The notes beneath the pieces were generated by a model, which saw only the letters and a program-made list of their open reading frames with translations, did no database searches and had not been told where the DNA came from. The position numbers and the translations under genes were made by a program. Below, piece by piece: positions 30,901 through 39,615 of a DNA stretch of 55,042 nt. Position 1 is the first letter of the stretch. Each line of letters starts with the position of its first letter. The stretch comes from an uncultured Erysipelotrichaceae bacterium (GTDB lineage: Bacteria; Bacillota_I; Bacilli_A; RFN20; CAG-826), in the NCBI GenBank assembly GCA_900314585.1, contig OMVV01000011.1, positions 1 through 55,042 of the forward strand, written 5' to 3'.

Positions 30901-32406
30901 ATTCCATTTGAAACCTTCCTTGGTTTTAATGCGGATAAGATTCCTGATATTGACCTTAACTTCCCATCCGATTACCAGGATAAAGCCTTCGATTATACGA
31001 AAGTTATTTTCGGTCCACATAACGTCTTTAGAGCAGGAACAATCGGCACTGTTGCTGAAAAGACTGCTTTCGGTTATGTTCGTGGATATTACGAGAGTAA
31101 AGGTATTGATCCATCAACCGTTAATCCAGCTTGGATTGCCTATTTAGCGAGCCACGCGACTGATGTTAAACGTACAACTGGTCAACACCCAGGCGGTATC
31201 ATGGTTCTTCCAAAAGGCTTATCCATCTATGATTTCACTCCAATCCAATATCCAGCGGACGACAAGGAATCAACATGGTTAACAACTCACTTAGACTATA
31301 CCGCACTTCACGATGCTCTTTTAAAACTTGACCTTTTAGGTCACGTTGACCCACTTGCCTTAAGAATGATGTCACAAATGACTGGCATCGATGTTAAGAA
31401 AATTCCTCTTAACGACCAACGAGTTATTTCTTTGTTTACAAGTGATAAAGCATTGAATAGAAATGGTAATTACCTTGGTGAAAAAACTGGTGCAGTTGGT
31501 CTTCCAGAATTCGGCACTCAAACCGGTATAGATATTCTTTGTGGGGCAAAACCAAAATCATTTGCGGACTTAGTCGTTGTTGCTGGCCTAGCCCATGGTA
31601 CTGACGTTTGGAATAATAACGCAAGAGATTTGATTCGAGATGGTACTTGCACCATTCGTGAAGTTATTGGATGTCGTGATGATATTATGACTTACCTTAT
31701 CGGCAAAGGTGTTCCATCTAACATCGCCTTCAAAGTTATGGAAGATGTTCGTAAAGGTAAGAAAGTTAAACCTGAATTTGAAGAGATTTTAAGAGCAAAG
31801 AATGTTCCAGATTGGTACATCAATTCCTGTAACAAGATTAAATACATGTTCCCAAAGGCCCACGCGGTCGCTTACGTTACAATGGCGGTTCGTGTCGGCT
31901 ACTTTAAACTTTATCATCCACTTGTTTTCTATGCGGTTTGGTTTACAGCTCGATGTGAACAATATGACATTCGTGCGATGATTGCTGGCAAAGAAGGTAT
32001 CATCGATCGCTACAACGAACTAAAAGTCAAGAAAGCAAATCGTCTTGAAAAGCTTTCACCAAAAGAAACTGAAATTATGAAGATGCTTACCATCGCTATT
32101 GAAATGACGGAACGTGGTTATAAATTTAGCAACATCGATCTTTATAGATCAGAAGCTGATCGCTTTATTGTTGATGAAGAAACTCAGAGTCTTATCCCTC
32201 CATTTAGAGTGTTGGATGGACTTGGTTTAGCTGCCGCCGAAAGCGTGGTGGAAGCACGTAAAATAGCAAAATTTTCTTCGAAGGAGGATTTATTAAAACG
32301 CACTAAGCTTACTTCGACCAACGTTGAAGAATTATCCGAACTTGGTGTTTTAGATGGTTTAGGCGACACCGAACAAATGTCGTTATTTGAATTTGGATTA
32401 GAATAA
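27976..32406 (+). CDS. polC: DNA polymerase III PolC-type
   Basis: PHP domain (ELHLHT), embedded exonuclease (DLETTG), GSRGSVGSS, PDIDLNF, YMFPKAHA. Confidence 0.97.
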   Translation: MNEKMVRFLNHLELKNIERFDMDFDLVCRNQFVPDQVDMIIVKDTPWEYSLLEEFQSGLSIIGFQYSIQFSYKRKPTVYDAIKLFEDWHRSHTRYPSKIKLEGSGSIITFVYESEAQKEEYEQITKDFIDFLNFLCYRFEFDHEVRESGQEGPVVSEKKLKKLEEKANKVIEEEQEEDEETETSYYKDSRDVIEEQEELRQVEEEYIQNLKDNLEQMRLDQKKNKSTYKNWRDKIPYTIVKDLSLLDAESGNVDLNGELFGIDKPRTQRGGRSFLTFGIGNPTGAVNVRAMEGEYITASDLESYKNGMFARIAGYMSKDRYTGQPVLEARAIELLPPPDLRTDEEKEKRVELHLHTKMSVMDGVTNMDTYCALAKNMGHKAIAITDHGVTQGFPEAAKASEKYGIKVLYGSELYMVNDELPFALNPSEDLLRNATYVVFDLETTGLSTRYDKITEFGGVRFEHGQVVETLDLLINPEREIPAKIVEKTKITNEMVKGKPTIEQAMDRILEFMKGAILVSHNITFDYGFINESLKNMGREKLVQPAIDTLSLSHYLFPEANRHTLGALSRNLGISTYNEDEAHRADYDARVLNEVWLAMLSRLMKDNYEIKHSDLAKIKSTNAMLKHMRGSHVTCLAINKDGFHNLNQLVSESHIDFFANVPKTPKREIIRLRKGLLLGSACLNGEIFDIERTRSKEDLLEAMKFYDFIEVQPPENYSYLINRGSCENYEEIQKYIKDIVDCAAELNITCVATGDVHYANPEDKIIRDIYIEAKAVGGALHPLKIRNVNCEAPNQHYRSTKEMLDAFEFLGKEKAFEIVVTNTNKIADMVETLSPIQKELHPPVLEDSPKRLTETCYAKAKEIYGDPLPEVIEERLKKELDGIISNGYSVTYDAANKIVSKANEDGFMVGSRGSVGSSFAAHMFGITEVNPLKPHYHCPNCKHLEFVDSPQYLSGYDLPDKRCPHCGEKMIGDGQNIPFETFLGFNADKIPDIDLNFPSDYQDKAFDYTKVIFGPHNVFRAGTIGTVAEKTAFGYVRGYYESKGIDPSTVNPAWIAYLASHATDVKRTTGQHPGGIMVLPKGLSIYDFTPIQYPADDKESTWLTTHLDYTALHDALLKLDLLGHVDPLALRMMSQMTGIDVKKIPLNDQRVISLFTSDKALNRNGNYLGEKTGAVGLPEFGTQTGIDILCGAKPKSFADLVVVAGLAHGTDVWNNNARDLIRDGTCTIREVIGCRDDIMTYLIGKGVPSNIAFKVMEDVRKGKKVKPEFEEILRAKNVPDWYINSCNKIKYMFPKAHAVAYVTMAVRVGYFKLYHPLVFYAVWFTARCEQYDIRAMIAGKEGIIDRYNELKVKKANRLEKLSPKETEIMKMLTIAIEMTERGYKFSNIDLYRSEADRFIVDEETQSLIPPFRVLDGLGLAAAESVVEARKIAKFSSKEDLLKRTKLTSTNVEELSELGVLDGLGDTEQMSLFEFGLE

Positions 32407-32407
32407 T

Positions 32408-32483
32408 CGGGGCATAGCACAGTTGGTAGTGCGCTTGGTTCGGGACCAAGAGGTCGTGAGTTCGATTCTCACTGCTCCGACCA
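32408..32483 (+). tRNA. tRNA-Pro(CGG)
   Basis: Cloverleaf; anticodon arm cttgg-tt-CGG-ga-ccaag; encoded CCA; starts 1 nt after the polC stop. Confidence 0.95.
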
Positions 32484-32489
32484 TTTATT

Positions 32490-32566
32490 GCGCTCATAGC
32501 TCAGCTGGACAGAGCATCTCCCTCCTAAGGAGAGGGTCGGACGTTCGAATCGTCTTGAGCGCGCCA
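32490..32566 (+). tRNA. tRNA-Arg(CCT)
   Basis: Anticodon arm tctcc-ct-CCT-aa-ggaga; Arg identity elements A20 and G73; encoded CCA. Confidence 0.95.
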
Positions 32567-32662
32567 CTATAATGATAAACACCGCAAATTGTGGTGTTTT
32601 CATTTTCATTGAAAAATATAAGTGTATAATAAGTCTGCTGACAAAAAAGAAAGGATACATTT

Positions 32663-33574
32663 ATGAATCTAATCGAAACAAAAGATTTATGTAAACGTTA
32701 TGGCCAAAACTTGGTCATTGATCACGTTAATATGCATGTTCCTGAAAATGCGATTTATGGCTTTGTCGGTGAAAATGGTAGTGGTAAAACCACTATTATG
32801 AGATTATTGACCGGCTTAGCGGAACCGACATCAGGTAGTTTTACCTTATTTGGTGTTGGTAACAAAGATCGCAATATTCACAACGTTAAAAAACAAGTTT
32901 CAGCGATTGTTGAAGTCCCATCTTTCATCCCATCATTAACTGCTCTTCAAAACATGAAATATCTTGAACTTTATCAAGGTGTTAAATTAACCGATGAGCA
33001 AAGAATGGAATTGTTAAAGAAGGTTCACTTAGACCACGTCGCTAACAAGAAAGCAAAAACATATTCCCTTGGTATGAGACAACGTCTCGCCATCGCTTTA
33101 GCCCTTGTTAGCAAACCAAAACTAATGTTCTTAGATGAACCAATGAATGGTCTTGATCCAGAAGGTATTGCAGAGTTAAGAGAGCTCCTCATTGAACTTA
33201 ATCAAAAGGAAGGATTAACTATTCTCATTTCTTCTCACATTCTTTCTGAACTTGAAAAGATTGCAACTTGCTATGGTTTTATTTCTCACGGTCACTTGCT
33301 TGAAGAAATTAGCTATGATGAATTACAAAATCGCTGCAAAAAGTCGCTAAATATCAACGTCAGTGATGTTGAAGGCGCTAAGAAAGTTTTAGAAAAACTC
33401 AAAGTAAAAGAGATAAATCTATTCCCAAATGGCGATATCAAGATTTACGACAATATCAAAACAAATACTGTTGTTGTGGCCTTTGCTAAAGCTGGCATTG
33501 ATCTCAACAGCATCAATTCAAATGAAGAATCAGTCGAAGACTATTACTTCAGATTGATCCATGGAGGTAAATAA
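32663..33574 (+). CDS. ABC exporter ATP-binding protein (BcrA/lantibiotic-protection type)
   Basis: GENGSGKTT, YSLGMRQRLAIA, LDEPMNGLDP, SSH. Confidence 0.9.
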   Translation: MNLIETKDLCKRYGQNLVIDHVNMHVPENAIYGFVGENGSGKTTIMRLLTGLAEPTSGSFTLFGVGNKDRNIHNVKKQVSAIVEVPSFIPSLTALQNMKYLELYQGVKLTDEQRMELLKKVHLDHVANKKAKTYSLGMRQRLAIALALVSKPKLMFLDEPMNGLDPEGIAELRELLIELNQKEGLTILISSHILSELEKIATCYGFISHGHLLEEISYDELQNRCKKSLNINVSDVEGAKKVLEKLKVKEINLFPNGDIKIYDNIKTNTVVVAFAKAGIDLNSINSNEESVEDYYFRLIHGGK

Positions 33575-33575
33575 A

Positions 33576-34433
33576 ATGAAAGAACTATTTATTTCCTACC
33601 TTTATCGTCTCCGTCGTGATTTGGCATTTAGAATCACATTGATTATCGGTGGCGGCCTTGCTCTTGTTTTGGCGCTTGTCTATTTAGGACTTAGCTTCAT
33701 TGTTGAAACAAACATCATTTCTGGACAAACGATGCTTATTTCATCATTATCACCGAGCTCTAACTTTGGTCTAGCCATTCCATTAAACTTAATCACTTTC
33801 ACAGTTATGGAATTCAATAATGGTATTATCCGTAACAAAGTTATTTCTGGTCATTCCAAGAAACAAATTTACTTATCATTATTCTTAAATGGCTTAGTGT
33901 TTACATTCTCATTAATGATTTTATATGCTGCACTTTGCTATGGTCTTGGTTCATTACTTGGCCTCATCAAAATTGGTGAAGAAATTCCACCAGAATTAGC
34001 AGCTTTATCCGGAAGTTACGCTGATTTCTATTTCTTGAAATTGATTGTCTCAGCTATCTTCATCTATATCGCTATCACTGCATTTACAATTTTCATTGCT
34101 ACCTTATTTAGAGGTATTGGCCCAAGTATTCCAGTCGTTTTAGTTGTTATCGTTTTAGGTGCAACAATTGGAACACTTATCGCAAGCTTTGCGGCTGATC
34201 AAGAAGGTGTCATTTGGGCAGTTAGAGTAATTGATCCATATTACCCGCTTGGAGCAACCGAGTTTGAAGTTATTGGTCAAGGAATTGATCCTACAACCGG
34301 AAACCTTGTTGATATTCATGCAACAACTATCTCCAATGAAACATTTGTTTCAGGTATCATTTCTAACTTAACTTATACCGCATTGTTCACTGTCGGTGGA
34401 CTGTTGCTTTTCACTCATCGAGATATCAAATAA
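33576..34433 (+). CDS. ABC-2 type permease
   Basis: About six TM helices, EFNNGIIRNKVISG motif, terminal RDIK; adjacent to the ATPase. Confidence 0.85.
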   Translation: MKELFISYLYRLRRDLAFRITLIIGGGLALVLALVYLGLSFIVETNIISGQTMLISSLSPSSNFGLAIPLNLITFTVMEFNNGIIRNKVISGHSKKQIYLSLFLNGLVFTFSLMILYAALCYGLGSLLGLIKIGEEIPPELAALSGSYADFYFLKLIVSAIFIYIAITAFTIFIATLFRGIGPSIPVVLVVIVLGATIGTLIASFAADQEGVIWAVRVIDPYYPLGATEFEVIGQGIDPTTGNLVDIHATTISNETFVSGIISNLTYTALFTVGGLLLFTHRDIK

Positions 34434-34479
34434 TTCAATCTTGAAAACAATTCAAGAAGTGAGTATTATATATCTCACT

Positions 34480-34555
34480 GGGCCTGTAGCTCACCTGGGA
34501 GAGCGCCTCCATGGCATGGAGGAGGTAGCCGGTTCGATCCCGGTCAGGTCCACCA
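34480..34555 (+). tRNA. tRNA-Ala(GGC)
   Basis: G3:U70 pair; anticodon arm cctcc-at-GGC-at-ggagg; encoded CCA; own promoter TTGAAA-N17-TATTAT at 34441-34469. Confidence 0.95.
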
Positions 34556-34605
34556 GAAAGCATATTACCTTAAATCGATATATTACGATTTAGGTAAAGA
34601 TAATT

Positions 34606-34633
34606 AAGATATGTCATAGACATATCTTTTTTT
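34606..34633 (+). terminator. Terminator after tRNA-Ala
   Basis: aagatatgtc-ata-gacatatctt followed by a T-tract. Confidence 0.75.
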
Positions 34634-34641
34634 CTGCAAGT

Positions 34642-34670
34642 TTGACAAAGAAAAAGTAGACCTTTATGAT
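34642..34670 (+). promoter_or_regulatory. sigma-A promoter
   Basis: TTGACA-N17-TATGAT, followed by SD aggaga. Confidence 0.75.
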
Positions 34671-34692
34671 AATAAAAAAGGAGAAATTTTCT

Positions 34693-35472
34693 ATGGCTAA
34701 ATGTTTAAAATGCGGCGCACAATTTGTCGGCCGCCCAGAGAATTGTCCAAAATGCGGCGAACCAGTTAAATACAAGTCTGGCCCTTCCCCAGTTCCGGCA
34801 AAAGTTGTTGTGAAGAAATCAAAAGCGGCTGCTAGAAAAGCAGAACGCGCTAATTTTAGAGTTACTGATGAAGCTGTTGAAGAAGCGAGAATTGCTCGTG
34901 AAAAACGCTTAGCAGCATCTAAACCGGCACCAGCTCCAAGAGCGAGCTATGTGCCAGTTAAATCTGCTCAAGCTAAACCAGCACCTGCTATTGTTCGCCC
35001 TGCTCCAGTTGCTCCAGTAGCAAAAGAAGAAGCTGCTGTTGCTCCAGTTGCAGCACCAGTCGCCCCAGGAAAACCATTTGTCGAAAAACCATTAAGAACA
35101 AATCGCAGTTTCATTAAATTATTCTTCTTAAGCATCGTTACCTTAGGTATCTATGCATTAGTGTTCTATTGCAAATGGGGTCGTGATCTCAATCGTATTA
35201 GACTTTATCATGGTGATAGAAAGCGTATCGGTTTCTTTGGTGCATTCTTCCTTGGATTTATTACCTTAGGAATCACGATGTTAGTTTGGGCAATTAGATC
35301 GGTTACCCATCCATACGCATATGCAAGACTTGAAAAATGTCAACACGGTTCAGCGGCATTTTGTATCGTTTCTTATCTCTTGCTTTCTTGGACAATCGTT
35401 TGCCCAATCATTGTTACCGTTCAACTTATCCGCACAATGAACGATCTCTGCAGAGCTTTAAACAAAAAATAA
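34693..35472 (+). CDS. Zinc-ribbon, Pro/Ala-rich linker and DUF4234-like membrane domain protein
   Basis: CLKCG...CPKCG at the N-terminus; LSIVTLGIY and FITLGI membrane repeats. Confidence 0.7.
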   Translation: MAKCLKCGAQFVGRPENCPKCGEPVKYKSGPSPVPAKVVVKKSKAAARKAERANFRVTDEAVEEARIAREKRLAASKPAPAPRASYVPVKSAQAKPAPAIVRPAPVAPVAKEEAAVAPVAAPVAPGKPFVEKPLRTNRSFIKLFFLSIVTLGIYALVFYCKWGRDLNRIRLYHGDRKRIGFFGAFFLGFITLGITMLVWAIRSVTHPYAYARLEKCQHGSAAFCIVSYLLLSWTIVCPIIVTVQLIRTMNDLCRALNKK

Positions 35473-35497
35473 TCATAGATTATTAATAAACTAAATT

Positions 35498-35527
35498 GCC
35501 TATATGTCGATGATGTATAGGCTTTTT
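35498..35527 (+). terminator. Terminator
   Basis: gcctatatgtc-gat-gatgtataggc-ttttt. Confidence 0.7.
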
Positions 35528-35671
35528 ATTTGCCTATTTACTTAACAAGAAACCTCAAATAATTGTGAGGTTTATTTTTTAGTAATCTTTCTATTTAGTT
35601 TGGTAAAAATATTTAAATCATCTACAATATATCCAAGATGTTTTAACATCGAAGCATATTGCTAGTAGTTT

Positions 35672-38600
35672 ATGAAAAAACTAATCGTCGGTTCAATCTT
35701 AGTTTCAGCGCTATATGTTTCGCTATTAGGAAATATTTCAAAAATTCATCAAGACCCACCAAATGATGGTGGTGTTTTCATTACTGATAAAGTCGAAGAC
35801 GGACCAATCTTTTATCCTGCTGAATACTCTTCTGAAATCACAAATGAGCCAAATTATTCTAATCAGAATACTTATACGTTCTCATCAATGAACTATAATA
35901 ACGCTCCTAAGTATTACCGCGGTGATTCAGTTAAGGTTGCGGTTATCGATAGTGGTTTAAACTACACCCACGAAGACTTTTCTGATTCAAATGGAAATCA
36001 AATTATTCAAGGAAATTCTCGCACTATTGATAATACGAGTGGTTCATGGCTTTACTATCAATTCTCTTCCGGATATCAAAGTAAAATCGTCGACTCTTTA
36101 GGTCATGGCACAAATGTTGCCTCAGTAATCGCTAGCCAAATCAACTCTTTAGGCTGCGCTGGCATTGCTCCTAATGTCGAACTTTATGTTTACAAAGTAA
36201 CAAATACATCAAATGGATACGAATGGACCGCGATTAACAGCGCTCTTTCTTACTGTGTAAGTGAAGGAATTGATGTAATCAATATGTCCTTCCAAGCTTA
36301 TGAACATGCTGTAAGTTATAATGGCTCATCAATGAGCGCATCAACCGGTTGTTCATCGGTTATGACTAGTTATCTCAACAGTTGTTACAACGCCGGAATA
36401 ACATTAGTTGCGGCAGCCGGAAACTATAACACCAGCGAACCTTCTTATCCTGCAAGTAACAATCACGTTATTTCAGTTGGTTCTTTAGCAGAATCATCAA
36501 CAACTACGAAGGCTGGCTATTCAAACACCTATGGTATTGACTTGGTCGCTCCAGGAACTGTTTATGTTGCAGATAAAGGCACAAGTTCAGCTTATAAAAA
36601 GACAAGTGGAACATCGTTTTCGGCGCCAATCGTAACTGCTGCGATTGCTCTATATAAACAACAACATCCAACAGCTACTCCATCAGAAATCGAATCTGCA
36701 TTATATGCTTCATGTGATTCTATCAGTGGAAATCCTTCCTGGGCTGGAAACGGTCGACTCAATATCGATAAGTTCTTGGGCGTTGATGTTCAAAACGGTC
36801 CAGTTGAGATTGTTGTTAACAATCCAGAAGTCGTTAATGAAGAATTAGAACTAGAAGTCGGTGACTATTTAGATTTAGATTACGACGTTAATGGCGTCGG
36901 AACCTTTGACGACAGTGTTTCTTTCTATTGTTTAGAAGACAATGGTTCAGTTTCTGTTGATTCAAATGGCCGAATCACAGCATTATCCCAGGGATCCGAC
37001 TATGTCGTTATCGAATCCAATGCTGATTCAAACGTGTATGCTTCAATATATGTAACAGTCACTTCTTCTGGAGGTTCATCTCCAACCATCTCATCAGTAA
37101 CTGTCTCACCAGCAAATCTTGCTTTAGATCTTAATGGCACAAAGACAAGTAATTTATCTGCGACAGTAAACGGGACTAATAATCCTTCTCAAGCTGTAAC
37201 TTGGAGTAGTAGCAATACGAGTGTTGCAACTGTAAGCTCAAGCGGTGTTGTTACTGCGAAAGCAGTTGGAAACGCGACCATTACTGCGACTTCTCAAGCT
37301 GATGGCACTAAATCTGGAACATGTACTGTAACTGTTAGCGATAGCACTGTTCACGTAACTGGTGTTACTTTAAATAAAAATTCAACATCCATTGTTCTAG
37401 GTGGTGGAGGCGAAACATTAACCGCAACCGTATCACCGAATGATGCGACAAATAAATCAGTTAACTGGTCAAGCAGCAACACGCATGTTGCTACCGTCAG
37501 CAACGGAACTATTACACCAGTTGCTACTGGCAACACAACTATAACCGTAACTACTGTTGACGGAAGCTATACGGCAACTTGTACAGTTACTGTTACTGCC
37601 GCTCAAACCCAAACATTAACAATTACTCGTTCGTCTTTCTCAACTAGTGGAGGCTATGCTTGGTATGATTGGACACAAGCAACAAGCGACAGCACTTCGG
37701 TAAGCGGAAAAGGCGAACTTTATACGACTACAACAACTTCGATGCAGTTTAATAAATCAAAAGGAAACAAAGTTGCTGCGATTTTCAATACCACAGCAAT
37801 TCCTGGCTCTATTACAAAAATTGAAGCTACTACTGCTTCAGGCACCAATAGGCCATGGAATGCTTATACAACATCCACAGCTTGTTCGGGAAGTGGGTCT
37901 ACACTAACTTTCGGTAGCAATAAAACAACTGTTGGCAGCAATGTGACAATAACTACAAGCTCAACATCATTAGGAACATCAACTGCTAATCATTCTTATT
38001 TCTGTTTACAGGAAAATGATTCAAGTGCTTCTTATTTAAGCCAAATCAAAATCACCTATGTTCCAAAATCAATATCTTCAATTGCGGTTAAGACCGCTCC
38101 AACAAAAACAACTTATGAGGCTGGTCAAACTTTTGATCCTACAGGGCTTGTTATAACTGCAACATATTCAGATTCAACTACATCTGATATTTCATATGCA
38201 TCAAATCCAACCGCGTTTACATTTGACCCAACAACCTCAACCGCATTAACTACTGGCAATATAAGCGTAACAATCACCTTTGGTGGTAAATCAACTTCAC
38301 AAGTAATCACCGTCAGTGCTGCTAAGGTTTTATCCTCAATTTCATTAAGCGGACAAACAACTAGCTTTGCTGAAGGTGATACATTCTCATTTGGAGGAAC
38401 TGTTACCGCCCATTACACAGATTCAACAACTGCTAATGTGACTGCTTCAGCAACATTTAGTGGCTATAATATGACCACTGTTGGTAATCACACAGTCACA
38501 GTTTCATATGGTGGCAAATCTCAAACCTATCAAATTACCGTTTCGCAAGGAACACTTTCTTCAATTGCATTAAGTGGTCAAACAACTTCATATATGAAGA

Positions 38601-39604
38601 ATAATGCGTTTTCCTTTGATGGAACATGTACAGCAATATTTGCTAACGGATATCAAAAAGTTGTTACACCAACCAATGTAACCTCGCCAGATATGTCAAC
38701 AGCAGGCAATAAAAAAATTACTGTCTCCGTAACATATAACGGAGTAACTAAATCTGCAAATTACGACATCATAGTCAATTCAAACCGTGTCGTTATCGAA
38801 GAAACAATTACAACAGGCTATAGTGTGGTTGGCACTGTTACGTATCCAAGCAATGTTCAAACAATCTCTGTTAGCACTTTATCTATTTCAACAAGCGGTT
38901 ATACAACCATAGAAAATAATGCGATTCGTTTAGGCTCTGGTTCAAATACTGGAACCGTTACTGTGACATCCACTAGTTCAAACATCACTAAGATTGTTGT
39001 CAGCGCTAAAACATATGGTTCTGATACCGGAGTTACATTAACCGTGGGTGGCACCAGCAATACAATCACATCTTCATATGCTGATTATGTAAAAGAATAC
39101 ACAACTGCGACCAATTCGGTTGCGATTGCGACAACTGTAAGCAAAAAGAGGGCATACATTGAATCGATCACAATCTACGAAACTAAAGAAACAACCGTCC
39201 AAACCGATATTTCTAGCAGTGAAGATTGTGTTGGTCTCGAGTCTTTTATCGATACCTATATGCACATGAATTATGTCGAAAACCTTGGGTATTGCAAGGA
39301 TAATGAGCATCATTACTATTCAACCGCTAAGAGTGCTTTCAACGCTTTAAATACCCATCAAAGAAGTTTATTCACGACAAATTCAGCTTATGTATTTGAA
39401 TGGGCAAGATTATCAGCATGGGCTCATGCTAACGGCGAAACTTTAAATGGATCTAACCAATTAGGAAAAGCAGTGCAGATTTCGCCACTAGGTGTTAAAA
39501 ACAATAATTTAAATAACATCGCAATTATCATTGTCGTTTCGATTGTTGCGGTTTCAGCTATTGGCTGTTACATCTTAATTAAGAAGAAACACGAAAGTGC
39601 ATAA
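35672..39604 (+). CDS. Surface-anchored subtilisin-family (S8) serine protease with bacterial Ig-like repeats
   Basis: Signal peptide; catalytic triad VAVIDSG / GHGTNVA / GTSFSAP; Big_2-like (VTWSSSNTSVATV) and Big_3-like (TYEAGQTFDPTGL) repeats; C-terminal TM and basic tail. Confidence 0.9.
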   Translation: MKKLIVGSILVSALYVSLLGNISKIHQDPPNDGGVFITDKVEDGPIFYPAEYSSEITNEPNYSNQNTYTFSSMNYNNAPKYYRGDSVKVAVIDSGLNYTHEDFSDSNGNQIIQGNSRTIDNTSGSWLYYQFSSGYQSKIVDSLGHGTNVASVIASQINSLGCAGIAPNVELYVYKVTNTSNGYEWTAINSALSYCVSEGIDVINMSFQAYEHAVSYNGSSMSASTGCSSVMTSYLNSCYNAGITLVAAAGNYNTSEPSYPASNNHVISVGSLAESSTTTKAGYSNTYGIDLVAPGTVYVADKGTSSAYKKTSGTSFSAPIVTAAIALYKQQHPTATPSEIESALYASCDSISGNPSWAGNGRLNIDKFLGVDVQNGPVEIVVNNPEVVNEELELEVGDYLDLDYDVNGVGTFDDSVSFYCLEDNGSVSVDSNGRITALSQGSDYVVIESNADSNVYASIYVTVTSSGGSSPTISSVTVSPANLALDLNGTKTSNLSATVNGTNNPSQAVTWSSSNTSVATVSSSGVVTAKAVGNATITATSQADGTKSGTCTVTVSDSTVHVTGVTLNKNSTSIVLGGGGETLTATVSPNDATNKSVNWSSSNTHVATVSNGTITPVATGNTTITVTTVDGSYTATCTVTVTAAQTQTLTITRSSFSTSGGYAWYDWTQATSDSTSVSGKGELYTTTTTSMQFNKSKGNKVAAIFNTTAIPGSITKIEATTASGTNRPWNAYTTSTACSGSGSTLTFGSNKTTVGSNVTITTSSTSLGTSTANHSYFCLQENDSSASYLSQIKITYVPKSISSIAVKTAPTKTTYEAGQTFDPTGLVITATYSDSTTSDISYASNPTAFTFDPTTSTALTTGNISVTITFGGKSTSQVITVSAAKVLSSISLSGQTTSFAEGDTFSFGGTVTAHYTDSTTANVTASATFSGYNMTTVGNHTVTVSYGGKSQTYQITVSQGTLSSIALSGQTTSYMKNNAFSFDGTCTAIFANGYQKVVTPTNVTSPDMSTAGNKKITVSVTYNGVTKSANYDIIVNSNRVVIEETITTGYSVVGTVTYPSNVQTISVSTLSISTSGYTTIENNAIRLGSGSNTGTVTVTSTSSNITKIVVSAKTYGSDTGVTLTVGGTSNTITSSYADYVKEYTTATNSVAIATTVSKKRAYIESITIYETKETTVQTDISSSEDCVGLESFIDTYMHMNYVENLGYCKDNEHHYYSTAKSAFNALNTHQRSLFTTNSAYVFEWARLSAWAHANGETLNGSNQLGKAVQISPLGVKNNNLNNIAIIIVVSIVAVSAIGCYILIKKKHESA

Positions 39605-39615
39605 GGAGAAGCAAT

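Noticed and set aside
32490-32566. Possible AGG (or CGG) codon reassignment, as reported for some uncultured Bacilli
   Set aside because: The tRNA(CCT) keeps Arg identity elements A20 and G73. AGG encodes the conserved Arg of TrmFO QLRQDN, and a CGG falls at a probable conserved Arg position in RecG (PYKER). The CGG evidence is thin, but nothing supports reassignment.
34565-34597. dif site
   Set aside because: It lacks the XerD-arm consensus (TTATGT..A) and the 11-6-11 layout of Firmicute dif, and gene orientation does not switch here.
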